Source of the DNA: Calditrichales bacterium
Lineage (GTDB): Bacteria; Calditrichota; Calditrichia; Calditrichales; J004
Direction: 5' to 3'
NCBI GenBank assembly: GCA_965267575.1
Contig: OZ254086.1
Span: forward strand, 1,376,001 to 1,440,000
DNA: 64,000 bases
The notes below the pieces were generated by a model. It was not told where the DNA came from. It saw only the letters and a list, made by a program, of their open reading frames with translations, and ran no database searches. Of the stretch, positions 28,921 to 37,207 are shown piece after piece; position 1 is the first letter of the stretch; each line of letters opens with the position of its first letter. A program made the translations under genes and the position numbers.

Positions 28921-29110
28921 TGTCTGAACTATGATTCGTGTGATGAAATGATTTTGTGATTAGAAGATTTCTCCAATCACAGTCCGTCACAAAATCACAG
29001 TTTAGACAATCTTCCTGTCTGACCATGATTCCTGTGATGGTGTGATTTTATGATTAGAAGATTTCCTAATCACAGTCCATCACGTAATCAAATAAATCAT
29101 AGTTCAGACT
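28921..29110. repeat. Hairpin-repeat doublet A'+B' (28921-29008 and 29016-29110)
   Basis: Same unit family as 28302-28503 in direct orientation; 7-nt linker ATCTTCC. Confidence 0.9.
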
Positions 29111-30224
29111 ACTTCAAATTCTCAGGATTCAGCCCCTTCAAATCATCCACCACAAACAGACCGCCTTTGCGGATCAGTGTGTCATCAAAGTAGATTTCGC
29201 CGCCGCCATACTCCGCTGTCTGGATGCAGACCATGTCCCAGTGGATGTTGCTGCGGTTGCCGTTGTCGGCATCCTCGTAGGCCTGGCCCGGTGTGAAGTG
29301 GAAAGAGCCGGCGATCTTCTCGTCAAACAAAATATCCAGCATCGGTTTGGTGATCCAGGGGTTAAAACCGATGGCAAATTCACCGATGTAGCGCGAACCG
29401 TCGTCGGTATCTAAAATTTCGTTGAGGCGTGTGCTGTTGCTGGCGCTGGCTTCAATAATCTTGCCATCCTTAAATGTGAGCTTGATGTTGCTGAACACCG
29501 TCCCCTGGTAGATCGTATCGGCACTGTAACGTAGGGTGCCATTTACCGAATCACGCACGGGCGCTGTAAACACCTCGCCATCGGGAATGTTGTGGCTGCC
29601 GGCGCAGGGCACCACGGGGATATCCTTGATGCTGAAACGCAGGTCGGTGCCGGGACCCTTGATGTAGACTTTGTCTGTCTTTTGCATGCGTTCCTTCAGT
29701 TTTTTCGCGGCAGTGGCCATCTTCTTGTAATCAAGCGTACAAACGTCGAAATAAAACTGCTCGAAAGCCTCGCTGCTTTTCTGCGCCTGCTGGGCCATTG
29801 AAGGCGTCGGCCAGCGCAGTACGCACCACTTGGTTTTGGGCACGCGGATATTGAAATGAACCGGCTTCAGCCAATGCTCCTCGTACAAGCGCATCTTGTC
29901 GGAAGGCACATCGGACATCTCCGAGATGTTGTAGCTGCCGCGCAAACCAAGATAGGCCTGCACCTGCTTCATGCGATAAGCCTCCACATCGGCCGTAGCC
30001 AGCATCGTTTTTTCATCGCCGTCACGCAGCAGTTCGCGCATCAGCGTGTTGTTTTTGATTGTCAACAGGGGAATGCCGCCGGCTTGCCTTACCCGCCGTA
30101 TCAGCGCCACTATGAATTCCTTTGGAATGTCAATGGCCTCGATGAGAATTTTTTCCCCTTTTTGCAAATTTGTAGAATGGCCGATTAATACATTTGCAAG
30201 TTTGTCAAAGCGTGGGTCATGCAT
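29109..30224 (-). CDS. Aminopeptidase, peptidase M29 (AmpS/AmpT-like)
   Basis: NIPDGEVFTAP, GEFAIG-x-N, LFDEKI-x2-SFH-x2-PG-x-AY and HWD. Confidence 0.9.
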   Translation of the reverse strand: MHDPRFDKLANVLIGHSTNLQKGEKILIEAIDIPKEFIVALIRRVRQAGGIPLLTIKNNTLMRELLRDGDEKTMLATADVEAYRMKQVQAYLGLRGSYNISEMSDVPSDKMRLYEEHWLKPVHFNIRVPKTKWCVLRWPTPSMAQQAQKSSEAFEQFYFDVCTLDYKKMATAAKKLKERMQKTDKVYIKGPGTDLRFSIKDIPVVPCAGSHNIPDGEVFTAPVRDSVNGTLRYSADTIYQGTVFSNIKLTFKDGKIIEASASNSTRLNEILDTDDGSRYIGEFAIGFNPWITKPMLDILFDEKIAGSFHFTPGQAYEDADNGNRSNIHWDMVCIQTAEYGGGEIYFDDTLIRKGGLFVVDDLKGLNPENLK

Positions 30225-30253
30225 GGTTTTTCTCCGTATTTCTTAAGATTCTA

Positions 30254-30341
30254 TTCCCCCTTATCAAAGGGGGTTAGGGGTTGTCTTTCAAGGTGTCCAT
30301 TATTTACAAAATAACCCGTTAATCTCTTTTTTGAGGGGAAA
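30254..30341. repeat. CCCCCTT-n-AAGGGGG REP-like palindrome with a degenerate inverted partner
   Basis: TTCCCCCTTATCAAAGGGGGTTAGGGGTT, then AACCCGTTAATCTCTTTTTTGAGGGGAA as a loose reverse complement. Confidence 0.5.
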
Positions 30342-30366
30342 CCAGATTGATTTTCAATTCACGGTA

Positions 30367-31188
30367 TTACTCGCCCGTAATTACTTCACCCTTCTCGTAA
30401 TCATATTCTGAGCCCATAGTGCTGTGCGGTATGGCAAAAACGAGAATCAGGATCACCGCTGCGGCGACAAATAGAGTGTTACGGCGTTGTTTTAAATTCG
30501 CAACTATGGCAATCGCCCAAACGATTACAGCGAGCAACGTTTTATTGTCCGTTAAATCCCAGCCAAACGGCACGCCTGTCCAGAAAGCATCGAAGGCGTA
30601 CTTTTGCACAATGGGTCCCAGGATGAGCCCGCCGATAAACAGGACGACCAGGGTACTCAGGGCCATGCGCCAGGCCAGTGGATGCTTGCGTAGCGCCAGC
30701 AACCCGCACCACGTGGAGAGCCACAATCCGACAAACATGAACACAATATGACTTGCCAGCACCGGCGTAGGAACGGCGCCCTTAAAACGGATCACCACCG
30801 GGTTATCCCGGGCAACTTCTGCCCGGTCATTGCCATCCTGCAACACAATGTAATAGGCCAGCTTGCCGGCAGCCGGTTGCTCGGGCAGCAGGGCGCTGAG
30901 CGTGTCGCGGGTGCGAATAAACGGAGCCGCGCTAAATTCATCATTCGTGGGATAGCGCTTGTAAAAAAGCGTCGCTGAAACCGACGTATCCGGCGCCAGG
31001 AGCGGAATCAGGCAGGGCGTGCCTTTTTCATGGCTGCGCGGAAGCTCAAACGTAAAGGACGTATTGTTAAGTGTAACCGAAACGTTTTTCTCCCAGGTAG
31101 GTCCGGTTGCCCGCTGGTAGTAAAGTGTGGCCAGTACAATTATAAGTGCCACTATCGCCCAGGGCCAGGATTTTTTTTGATTTTCCAT
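30367..31188 (-). CDS. Conserved hypothetical integral membrane protein
   Basis: N-terminal TM (YQRATGPT), soluble domain, four C-terminal TMs with VQKYAF-x3-WTG-x-PFG-x-DLTDNKTL. Confidence 0.7.
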   Translation of the reverse strand: MENQKKSWPWAIVALIIVLATLYYQRATGPTWEKNVSVTLNNTSFTFELPRSHEKGTPCLIPLLAPDTSVSATLFYKRYPTNDEFSAAPFIRTRDTLSALLPEQPAAGKLAYYIVLQDGNDRAEVARDNPVVIRFKGAVPTPVLASHIVFMFVGLWLSTWCGLLALRKHPLAWRMALSTLVVLFIGGLILGPIVQKYAFDAFWTGVPFGWDLTDNKTLLAVIVWAIAIVANLKQRRNTLFVAAAVILILVFAIPHSTMGSEYDYEKGEVITGE

Positions 31189-31307
31189 TTGCGATTTTTC
31201 TGTAAAACCACCTTAGTCAAAAAACTGATATTTCCCTTAGAAAAGGGGGCAAAACCTAATACTAAATTAAACAATGAAGCGATTACAAAAAACCACAGAC
31301 GGAAAAT

Positions 31308-31336
31308 AAAAAAGCCCGCCGGGTCAGGGCGGGCTT
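31308..31336 (-). terminator. Intrinsic terminator of the tricorn protease gene
   Basis: AAAAAAGCCCGCC-gggtcag-GGCGGGCTT, giving a U tract on the minus strand. Confidence 0.8.
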
Positions 31337-31353
31337 GCTTGTGTCAGCTTATC

Positions 31354-34300
31354 CTAATTTTTTTTGTCAGGTGCCGGTGGCAGGCCGGGAATCTCTTTTT
31401 CGGCAGTCTCCAGTTCCTTCAGGATCTCTTCAATGGCGCGGTCAAGCTGCGCGTCATTGCCTATAAATTCCTGGTGCGGATCGTTGTCTACAAAAATGTC
31501 CGGTTCCACACCAATGCCCTCCATCAGCCATTCGGTGCCTTCCAGGTTGTAGCGCGAAAATTCCGGCTTGTTCAGCGAGCCGCCATCGATAAAGGGCAGC
31601 GAACCGCGGATACCGACAACACCACCCCAGGTGCGTTTGCCGACCACCTTGCCCAGGTTGTGCTTCTTAAAACGGAACGTGAAAATATCGCCGTCTGAAG
31701 CGGAAAATTCGTCGGCCAGGCAGATCATGGGGCCGTAGAGTGTGGCACCGGGGTTAACGCCGGGGCTGGCGTTACGGGCCATGTTGATCATAACCGCTTC
31801 ACGGCGCAGTCTTTCAATGATCATCGGTGAAACGTTGCCGCCGCCATTGCCGCGTACATCCACGATCAGCGCTTTCTTGCGCAACTGCGGATAGAAATGC
31901 TCCACAAATTCGTTCAGACCGCCGGGGCCCATATCAGGAATGTGCAGGTAGCCCACTTTACCATCTGTTGCTTCATTCACCTTTTTGATATTGGTATGCA
32001 CCCAGTCGGTGTAATAAAGCTGCGATTCATCAGCCACCGGCTCGATCAGCACCTCGCGGCTGCCGGCCTCCTGCGGAGCGCTGTTTACAGTGATGCGGAC
32101 GGGTTTGCCGGCTTTGTTAAGGAGAGCGCTGAAGGGATTGCCCATACCCTTGGTTGATTCATCTTCGATAGCGATGATATAATCGCCCTCGCTGATATCC
32201 AGGCCTACCTGGGTCAGCGGCGAAATCGTTGATTTGTCCCAGTTTTTGCCTGGCAGGATTTGTGTAATCCTGAAGAATCCGGAACTGTGCTTTTCCAGCT
32301 CGGCGCCAAGCAGGCCGGTTTGAATGCGTTTGGGCTGGGGGCGATCGCCACCGCCGACATAAGCGTGACCCACATTCAGCTCGCTGATCATCTCGCCAAT
32401 AACATAGGTCAGGTCGTTGCGGTGGTTAACGTGAGCTACAAGCGGCGCGTACTTATCGCGGATGGCCGGCCAGTCTACGCCGTGCATGTTGGGGACGTAG
32501 AAAAAGTCGCGCATCTGGCGCCAGCTTTCGTTGAATATCTGCGCCCATTCGGCTTTGTAATCCACATGCGCTTCCATGTTGGAAAGATTGAGCTTCTTGT
32601 CGGTGTTGATCGGACCGGAGGGCATATCGATAATAGCGTAGGCATTGCCCATTCCTACAAGCATCTTTTTGCCATCGGCGGATACTTCATAGCCGTTTAT
32701 CTCGCCCAGTTCAGTCTCTTTTTTCTCGGACAGGTTATACAAAAACAGCTTTGATTTCGGATCGCCGGAACCCTGGCGGATGTAATAAACCTTGCCGTCC
32801 GTGCCGTAAAGGTTGCGGTATGCCGAGGAGGCAATCGGCAGCACGACGATGCGATCTACAATATTGTCAAAATCGACCGTTACACTGACGTCGCCTTCTT
32901 TCTTTTCTTCCTCTTTGGAAGCGTTTACTTCATCATTTTCAGGGGCCAGCGGTGAAGGTGTTGATGCATTCAGAGTCAGCAGATAGACGCGGGCCATATC
33001 CTGGTAAGCGTGGTTCCACTCCGTCCAGCTGTAGATCGGATTAAAATCGCGGCTGGAGGTGAACATCAGGTATTTGCCGTCCTTGCTGAAAGCGGGCGAC
33101 CCCGAATTGTACCAGGCATCCGTTACCGGCCGGCTGTTGCCGCTGGCCAGCTCGTAGATGTAGATACGCTGCATTACCTCTTCTTCCGGGAAGCTGTAAG
33201 CAATAAAGCGGCTGTCGGGCGACCAGGTGTATTCGCCGATTTCCCATGCCGTAGCCTGGGCCACTTTTGTTGTTTTCTTTGTGTTGATATCCGTGTAGTA
33301 AAGCGTCTGAGAACGGTCGGCCCAGAGCAGCCTTTTACTGTCGGGAGACCAGTAGGGCTGGTACTTATAAGGCTTGCCGTTGTCGGTGATTCTCTGCGGC
33401 GGTTTCAGCCCGTCTTTGTCCTGAATGTAAATCTCATCTTCGCCGCTGGCATCGGAAATAAAAGCGATCCACTTGCCATCGGGCGACCATTTGGAATTAC
33501 GCTCGTGAATAGACGAGGTCCCGGTCAGGTTATAGGTGATGCCCTCTTTGGCGGGAACAGTGAAAACGTCGCCGCGCGCGCCGAACAAAGCACGCTTGCC
33601 GTCAGGGGCGATCTCATAGTTGGTTACTTCTTTGTCCACGCTTTTCAGCTCGGAGCGGGAAGCCAGGAAATCATTGGCGATTGTAATAGCGACTTTTTGC
33701 GGCTGATTGCTTTGTGTATCGAATTTGTAGATATAGCCGCCGTTTTCATATACGATGTAGCGTTGGCCGGCAGAAGGAAATTTAATGTCAAAATCGGCGT
33801 AGTCGGTCAGCCGTGTTTGCTCTTTACTCGCCGTATCATACACGTAGAGATTCATGCGCTTGTTGGGGCCGCGGTCGGAAAGAAAATAGATCTTATCAGC
33901 GATCCACATCGGGATAATATCCTGGGCCTCGTTATTTGTGAGGTTAGTGGTCTGTTTTGTGTTGAAATCAAACATCCAGACATCATCGGCCATGCCGCCG
34001 CGGTAACGCTTCCAGGTACGGAATTCGCGGAAGATGCGGTTAAAGGCCATTTTGCCGCCATCGGCGGAGTAGGAAAGAAAGCCGCCGCGGATAACCGGGA
34101 TCTGCTCGGGAAGCCCGCCATCCAGATCAACCGTGTACAACGATCCGTTAAAGCTGTTAAACGAACGCATCCGGGAGCGGAAGGCGATTTTTTTGCCATC
34201 CGGCGTCCAGTCCATCACAATGTTGTTGGGACCCATGCGGTCACCGATATCATCGCGGCCAAGCGTGGCTGTGTAGGTCAGACGCTTTGGTGTGCCTCCT

Positions 34301-34578
34301 TCCGCGGGCACAACGAAAACTTCGGTGTTGCCATCATACTGTCCGGTAAATGCAATGGTTTGCCCATCCGGTGAATAGCGGGCAAACATTTCGTAGCCGT
34401 CGTGGCTGGTCAGTTTGCGCGCCATGCCGCCGTCCAGGGAAACGGTATAAAGGTCACCGGCATAAGTAAATACCAGTTGCTGATCATTGGTCGCCGGAAA
34501 ACGAAGCAACCGTGCTTCATCCTGGGCCGCAAGCTGGGCCGTGAAGACAAATACGATCGCGAAAAACAGAAAACGCAT
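31354..34578 (-). CDS. Tricorn protease homologue (peptidase S41, PD40 propellers plus PDZ)
   Basis: Signal peptide MRFLFF..., RTWKRYRGG, repeated WSPD, DVRGNGGG, SASDGDIF and GKRTWGGVVG. Confidence 0.93.
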   Translation of the reverse strand: MRFLFFAIVFVFTAQLAAQDEARLLRFPATNDQQLVFTYAGDLYTVSLDGGMARKLTSHDGYEMFARYSPDGQTIAFTGQYDGNTEVFVVPAEGGTPKRLTYTATLGRDDIGDRMGPNNIVMDWTPDGKKIAFRSRMRSFNSFNGSLYTVDLDGGLPEQIPVIRGGFLSYSADGGKMAFNRIFREFRTWKRYRGGMADDVWMFDFNTKQTTNLTNNEAQDIIPMWIADKIYFLSDRGPNKRMNLYVYDTASKEQTRLTDYADFDIKFPSAGQRYIVYENGGYIYKFDTQSNQPQKVAITIANDFLASRSELKSVDKEVTNYEIAPDGKRALFGARGDVFTVPAKEGITYNLTGTSSIHERNSKWSPDGKWIAFISDASGEDEIYIQDKDGLKPPQRITDNGKPYKYQPYWSPDSKRLLWADRSQTLYYTDINTKKTTKVAQATAWEIGEYTWSPDSRFIAYSFPEEEVMQRIYIYELASGNSRPVTDAWYNSGSPAFSKDGKYLMFTSSRDFNPIYSWTEWNHAYQDMARVYLLTLNASTPSPLAPENDEVNASKEEEKKEGDVSVTVDFDNIVDRIVVLPIASSAYRNLYGTDGKVYYIRQGSGDPKSKLFLYNLSEKKETELGEINGYEVSADGKKMLVGMGNAYAIIDMPSGPINTDKKLNLSNMEAHVDYKAEWAQIFNESWRQMRDFFYVPNMHGVDWPAIRDKYAPLVAHVNHRNDLTYVIGEMISELNVGHAYVGGGDRPQPKRIQTGLLGAELEKHSSGFFRITQILPGKNWDKSTISPLTQVGLDISEGDYIIAIEDESTKGMGNPFSALLNKAGKPVRITVNSAPQEAGSREVLIEPVADESQLYYTDWVHTNIKKVNEATDGKVGYLHIPDMGPGGLNEFVEHFYPQLRKKALIVDVRGNGGGNVSPMIIERLRREAVMINMARNASPGVNPGATLYGPMICLADEFSASDGDIFTFRFKKHNLGKVVGKRTWGGVVGIRGSLPFIDGGSLNKPEFSRYNLEGTEWLMEGIGVEPDIFVDNDPHQEFIGNDAQLDRAIEEILKELETAEKEIPGLPPAPDKKN

Positions 34579-34734
34579 AGCAATGCTCCTTGTAATTGTT
34601 AGGCGGGAAGAAAATACACTACGCGCGTTTTTAAGCTTGGTTGCGCGCATTTTGATGTATAAAAAGCCGGGCCACGGACAGCAGCAAAAAAGGCGCCCGT
34701 CCCGGCTATAATTGAATAAAGCCATATAAACAGT

Positions 34735-35271
34735 CTAAAGTTTCTTGTCCAGCTCGCGGATGCTTTCATAAGCCTGAATGAATTGCTCCTCCGTACGCTG
34801 CAGGTATTCCGTCACTTCGTCGATATAGCCGTCTGCCGAAGCCGACCAGACGCGGTTGAGATAGCGCTCACCCGTCGCGAAATGGTTCATTACCTCAGCG
34901 TAAGCATTCAGGCCGTGGACAAGGCCGATGCTTTTGCGCGCGTCCACGAAAATTTGCAAGTCTTCAGTCAGCTTCTCGTCAATCAGCGCATGGATCGCCT
35001 GGGGATGTGTCGGATCGAGCTGCCCGCGGATTTCCTTAACATCTTTTACAATCCGTTCCAGGCTGGCCTCAATATTCTTCATATTGCTGGTCAGCGTTTC
35101 CTCGTGCATGGCCTCTTTTTTGGTGCTGCTGCGAATGACCACAACCCCTATCACGCCCACCACAAAGGTGAGCGCAAACCAGAGCCAGTCCACATGGCGG
35201 GTTTCTACGACAGCCACAAGTGAAGCCGCAATAAAACCCAACGTAATTAATATATATCCGATTGCTTTCAT
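34735..35271 (-). CDS. Hypothetical membrane protein associated with the OPT transporter
   Basis: Two N-terminal TMs and a helical domain with FATGERYLNRVWSASADGY; 9 nt downstream of the OPT gene. Confidence 0.65.
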   Translation of the reverse strand: MKAIGYILITLGFIAASLVAVVETRHVDWLWFALTFVVGVIGVVVIRSSTKKEAMHEETLTSNMKNIEASLERIVKDVKEIRGQLDPTHPQAIHALIDEKLTEDLQIFVDARKSIGLVHGLNAYAEVMNHFATGERYLNRVWSASADGYIDEVTEYLQRTEEQFIQAYESIRELDKKL

Positions 35272-35280
35272 GGCGGCCTC

Positions 35281-37011
35281 CTAGTTCATACCCTGAAAAA
35301 TGAAATAAATGGCAAAGCCCACACCGACAAGCGCTTCACCAACGATCAACCCTGCGGCAGCCGGGATACCAACCTGCTCGCTCCAGCCTTTGCCCATTTT
35401 CCAATCGGTGAACAGGCGCAGCAAAGTGCCCAGGCTGTAGGTTAGGACGATATTAAACGGGAGATAGAATCCCAGCCCGACAAGCACACCGAGTCCGCCC
35501 ACACCGCTGGCGCTGAGCAACGCTCCCAGTCCGGCACCGGCGATATATTTTTGAACAGGCACATCACCGCCCAAAATACCATCAATCATGCTGGCCAGGG
35601 CCTGACCCTGCGGCGCCGGTAAACGTTCGCTGCCAAGACCGTATGCTTCGTGCAGGATGAAGATCAGCACCATGATTACCGCGGGACCGATCCAGACACC
35701 CCAGAACTGACCGGCCTGTTGCTTGCGTGGCGCGGCACCGACCAGGTAACCGGTTTTCAGGTCCATCATCAGGTCCGTTGCCTGGGACATGGCCACACAG
35801 GCAGCGGCGCCAACCAGCAGGGATGAAATGATGGCGGCGCGATCGCCCAGACCCGAACTGATGATGATAAGAATGGTAACCGCGATCAGCGTCATACCAC
35901 TTAACGGCGACCAGTTGGTACGGCCGATACATTCGGCAAGAATGACACCGGCTACCCAGACCCAAACCGTACCCAACAAAGCCATCAACGCGCCACGGAA
36001 AAAGCCCATCTCTTCCGTTGAATAAATGGCTATGGCGAAAAGCAGAATCGCGGCCAGGGCGACGGCAACATAGAGTAGCTTGATCGGCATCTCTTCGGTG
36101 GAAACAGCCGTTTTTAGCTTCGAAGCCGTTTGCATACTGCGGATGGCGCTGGTAATAAGCGGCAGGGCCAGGACGATGCCCATCATGGCACCGCCGATCA
36201 GCATACCGATACCCACAGGGCGGAACAGCTCATAGCGCAAATAGCTGGGCATCGATTGTCCTGCTTCGGCCAGCACTTCGGGTGTAGGCAGCAGGCCCAA
36301 TCCCGAAAGAATAGGAGCTAACACCCAGTAACAGGTAAAGCCGCCGACGATAAAAAAGAAGCCGCCTTTACCGGCGATGTAGGCTGCGCCCAGCGTCAGC
36401 AGCGACACGTACCAGACGCCGTTCATGTACTCGGGCATACCGATCTGCGCGCCAAGGTTCCAGTTTTCAAAGCCTGTCGTTTGGCTGATAAAGTGTAGAA
36501 TCGCACTGACCGCCGCGCCTCCCAGAAGATAAAACGCCTTACGAATCCCGGCACCAGGAGATTTTAGAATAGTAGCGACCGCCACGCCTCCGGGATAGGT
36601 CAGTCGCTCAAAATCTATCATTTGCTTGCGCAGCGGTATAATAAAAGCCACGCCCAAAACACCGCCGGCGATACAGGCAAAGACCATCACAACAGCATTG
36701 AAATCGGTCTGCCCCAGAATAAACAAGGCCGGTACCGAAAACATCATACCGCTGGATGCGCCGTTAACGGCACTGGCCACTGTCTGGTTGATGTTGTTCT
36801 CGATGATGCTGCTGCGCCCCATCAGACCGCGAAGGATACCAAAACCAAGAATGGCCGCCAGCTCCGAGCCCTCGATGGAAAAGCCCAGAATAAGGGCGGC
36901 GTAACCGATGCTTAATGCGATCAGAATTCCTAAAACATAACCCACAAGTACCGCGGTAGGTGTCAGTTCAGGATACGGCCCGCGCCGTACAATATGCTCC
37001 GTTTGTGCCAC
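35281..37011 (-). CDS. OPT/YSL family oligopeptide transporter
   Basis: ELT, ENNINQTVAS, LTYPGGVAVATIL, SPLSG, DLKTGYLVGA-x-PRKQ and PAPQ; GTG start after GGGGGA. Confidence 0.9.
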   Translation of the reverse strand: MAQTEHIVRRGPYPELTPTAVLVGYVLGILIALSIGYAALILGFSIEGSELAAILGFGILRGLMGRSSIIENNINQTVASAVNGASSGMMFSVPALFILGQTDFNAVVMVFACIAGGVLGVAFIIPLRKQMIDFERLTYPGGVAVATILKSPGAGIRKAFYLLGGAAVSAILHFISQTTGFENWNLGAQIGMPEYMNGVWYVSLLTLGAAYIAGKGGFFFIVGGFTCYWVLAPILSGLGLLPTPEVLAEAGQSMPSYLRYELFRPVGIGMLIGGAMMGIVLALPLITSAIRSMQTASKLKTAVSTEEMPIKLLYVAVALAAILLFAIAIYSTEEMGFFRGALMALLGTVWVWVAGVILAECIGRTNWSPLSGMTLIAVTILIIISSGLGDRAAIISSLLVGAAACVAMSQATDLMMDLKTGYLVGAAPRKQQAGQFWGVWIGPAVIMVLIFILHEAYGLGSERLPAPQGQALASMIDGILGGDVPVQKYIAGAGLGALLSASGVGGLGVLVGLGFYLPFNIVLTYSLGTLLRLFTDWKMGKGWSEQVGIPAAAGLIVGEALVGVGFAIYFIFQGMN

Positions 37012-37207
37012 GCTGAGTCCCCCTATGTGTGAAAGTAAGTTGCAAGTTGCGTACTTAAAATAAGGAAATCGGCCATTTCTCAAAACAAAAAATAATCTGC
37101 AAAAGAACAGAAATATCAGTTGATTTTGTGAAATAATTCTTTATTATATATAGAATTTTTAGATAACCTTCCATAGGGGACTGGATGGGGACGGAAGGGC
37201 GTCTGCC

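Noticed and set aside
28889-29026. 46-aa N-terminal extension of the GxxExxY ORF in the ORF track
   Set aside because: It is read-through of repeat DNA; the same LITKSFHHTN peptide appears in the spurious 28000-28356 ORF. Family-like sequence begins at MSNINPEYKY (28888).
28302-29110. CRISPR array interpretation of the repeats
   Set aside because: The units are about 90-97 nt palindromes separated by 7-8 nt linkers, their loops are related rather than unique spacers, and there are no cas genes in the window.
31030-31698. 222-aa plus-strand ORF spanning an intergenic region
   Set aside because: It overlaps two well-supported minus-strand genes and a terminator, with no motif or RBS.
33010-34374. 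454-aa plus-strand ORF
   Set aside because: It is an antisense shadow of the tricorn protease gene with no recognisable motifs.
34665-34707. AGCCGGG...CCCGGCT inverted repeat as a riboswitch or ncRNA upstream of tricorn
   Set aside because: It has only a 7-bp stem with a long loop and no recognisable aptamer consensus; it may be a weak terminator.
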